From Octopus bimaculoides (Eukaryota), in assembly GCF_001194135.2 (NCBI RefSeq), contig NC_068992.1:30563430-30601619 (forward strand): a stretch of 38,190 nt of DNA, in the 5' to 3' direction. Under the pieces are notes generated by a model, which was not told where the DNA came from, made no database searches, and saw nothing but the letters and a program-made list of their open reading frames with translations. Position numbers and translations under genes: made by a program. Numbering within the stretch: position 1 is the first letter of the stretch; each line of letters starts with the position of its first letter. Shown here in pieces: positions 35,191-38,190 of this stretch.

Positions 35191-38140
35191 TATTAGATTG
35201 ACAAATACAAATTTCTCTTCGTTAAAGAACCAGCAGTTAGATTTATATATTTGGCACAGGATTACAACACTAGGTTTGGTGCTACTGGCGCTTAACGAAT
35301 TCTAGCAGATGAAATCTGGAAACTTGCCGGCAACATGCAGAGGCAAATTATCAAAATTTGAGACATCAATTGTGAATAATTATGACTCAGTACGATGTAA
35401 TGATATGATAAAGATACATAAGATATTTCCTTACAGACAATTTGAACTAGTTATAAACGTATTTAATGAGAGATTTAGATTAAATTCTAAACTTAAGAAA
35501 AATATAAATAAAATATTATATCAATGGAAATCCCAAAACTGATGTAGATGTGCAATTTTCTAGCCGTTAGAAAGGGTGCCAACATAATGTATGATTAAAT
35601 TGTAGACTCTCACATATGCATAAATATATTGGTTAGGTCTATCATATAAGTGTCTTTCATATATTTCAATGAGAACACAATGACTAGTTATGTCCATACA
35701 AGCGAGGCAGACTCCAGGTTCAATGATATAACCAGTTAGTATATAGAAGGAGAGATATTGTAATCTTGAGAAATATATAGTTCACCCAGAAACATCTCCG
35801 TGGAAAAATTTATAATCTGGTACCGCAAATTTTCGTCATATATTACAATACAATGCTCTTAGAAACGGCATAAATCCACAATTTAAGATTTCCCTCTCCT
35901 GTCATCAACAGAATTATGCTGTCTGTAATAGATTCCACTAGTTACAAATTCGGAAGTAGAAAATAAATTGCTGAAAATTTTCAAGAATATATTTGGTGTG
36001 TGCTCTCTAGAAAATTAAAGAAATTATAACCAATCTTATTTATGACAGATAATTTTCACAAGAGAAACAGTAATAACACATAAAGCAAATATAGCCAACT
36101 TATAATCCAGCGATAAATGTACCATGTGTCTTTATAGATGAATCAGTACATAAATTATATGCTCTAAAAGAAAAGCAGCTCAGTGCCATAATATGTGTTC
36201 AAGACTTGCTAGAACCAACATCCTACTAAACTACACATGACAAAAAAGTTTAAAAAATAATAAAAAGTAGTGGTACTTCAAATGAATCTCATGTATTTTA
36301 AACTCAATATCTCATATAGACAACGCAGATAGTGCCCACTCTTGCAAAGATATTATCGGAGATATGTTCGAGATACTCAGCAGAGAGACACCTAAGAGTG
36401 AAATGTTTTTGTTTTTAGTGGTCAAAGTAAAGCATTCTAAATTGCCAAACGTATATAAATGAGCAACTGTAACAATTCAGCAGTTATCTTCCTCACTCAA
36501 ATAATTCTAACACACTGCGTAAGTTTATATATATATATATATATATATATAACAGTATTAATAAAATAGGAGATAGAATCTGTAATAGAATGTATTGGGT
36601 ACAACGCCAGTTTGGACCCGTTCTGGGTCTCTTCGAGTATATCAATAAAAAGTGTCGCTAGAGGTTTCTTGAGTCGGCTTGTGTACAGCTATGTGTCCAT
36701 CTAACTCGAGAATAATTAAAATGAGCGAAAAGTTATTGAATCGCGAAAAATTCAAATATGAACGTGGAAAGTATACATTGTAGTTTAGAGAAAATGACAT
36801 ACAACCATACATACATGCATCAAACTAAAAATACAAATCTACACGTATACATACATTGATAAATACTCTGTTGATGTTGAAATTCCAATGAAGTTGTTCG
36901 TGGTCTAAGTTAGAAACCGGCTCTTGCTCCATTGACAAGAAGTCTTGAAATAAAACTTTACAATGAGGTACATACACACATGCATGTATATGGAACGGCG
37001 TATGCAGATTCATGCTGAAACAGATTACTCTCAGTTATAGCTGTGCAGCTTTATGTCTAATATTCACTCACGCAAACGCGACCATACGTACATCCACACA
37101 TATTACCATACAGTCACACACTAAGTGACTGAGAGAGAGATTGTAATTATGGAGAAACAAGCGCCTACTTCAACTATAAACAGTTATATGGTCATAATAT
37201 TTTAAGCAGAAGATCAAGTGATGTACACATGCGATTGATGTATGAACGTCACTTCTAAAGGTTTACAGCGAAGTTTAAAGTGAACGCGACATCAAAATTA
37301 ATGGCTGAAGTGCATTCATAAATCCAGTCCTATAATTCAAGAAATAATGTAATAGTTTCTAAGGGATTTGAAGTTTCAGCGCACATTTTGCGTGTATGTA
37401 AAGTAGATGCATATATCTGTTTAAGAAAGGTTAACCGCATTAAATTGGATCCATAGCAGTAGTTGTTTCATCAAGTATTTTTAATAGATGATAGAAAATA
37501 CATGTGTAGTATCATAATAAAGTATTGTATCTCACATTTGAAATGTGGATGGCCACCATATTCAGTTTTTTCGGATGGCCATCGTATTTGTATTATGTAA
37601 ATCAAAATCTTTCGTGTATTAGTAAATAAGTTTGCAGTTTTACCATGTTAGATTGTATATGCAAAAGTAGATAATTATTCATTTACCTAAAATCATCGTA
37701 TCTACGTGCTAGCAGGGAACAGAAATACAACGTTGTTGAATATGTTTCGTTTAGGGAGATATAGAACCATTATTATCTAAGTATATACGTCTTCTGTATC
37801 TTTTCTGTTTGGCTGCCACTTTTCAATTTCTTCAATTTTGTTCCAAATGATTTCATACTTGATGTATTTCATATTTGTTTTCTTAGGTTGTTATTTACAC
37901 TGAAATTTATTTTCGCACTATATCAAGAAAATAAAGAATCAATAGCTTTTAAAGCTATTAAGATACGCAGGTAACAAGTAGCATGGTTTAATAGGCATAA
38001 GAAAAGAAAAGTTTGATGAAACTGCTTAAGCAATCTACGCTTAAATATATATATTTGAACAAATGCATTTAAGTATATATTTCTGTACATATGATAGTTT
38101 ATGTGCTTATATTTAATATATGTACTGTATATGTGAGTGC

Positions 38141-38141
<1 letters not shown>

Positions 38142-38190
<49 letters not shown>
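38142..38190. repeat. (AT)n at the window end
   Basis: Read directly from the sequence. Confidence 0.95.

Noticed and set aside
36590-36700. CCAGTTTGGACCCGTTCTGGGTCTCTTCGAG, resembling Penelope terminal motifs
   Set aside because: Short similarity only, with no associated RT or GIY-YIG coding sequence.
1-38190. CRISPR arrays, rRNA, intact tRNA, or an operon-like novel system
   Set aside because: No regularly spaced repeat-spacer structure, no rRNA motifs and no intact gene cluster. All recognisable coding remnants belong to known transposon classes.

Overview
AT-rich, repeat-dense eukaryotic DNA from a short-read draft assembly. It has nine N-gaps, almost all flanked by (AT)n, and an Illumina adapter remnant at one contig end. 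The SINE types and microsatellite density suggest a cephalopod such as Octopus (inference). No intact, recognisable host gene, rRNA, functional tRNA or CRISPR array is visible. The window is a transposon graveyard: a degenerate near full-length Ty3/Gypsy (Mag-like) LTR retrotransposon (14427-18875), a decayed full-length Hsmar1-like DD34D mariner (26288-27549), two other mariner relics, two different restriction-like-endonuclease (RLE; R4/Dong/NeSL-type) non-LTR fragments (1-894 rearranged; 9550-10562), three tRNA-derived SINEs, a tRNA-like relic and many microsatellites. I found no evidence of a new biological system. The most notable observations are template-switch-like rearrangements (an inverted LINE end with an 18-bp inverted duplication; a 72-bp LTR/flank junction copied into the integrase), two LTRs only about 73% identical with no target-site duplication, and a speculative four-exon 98-aa gene model.
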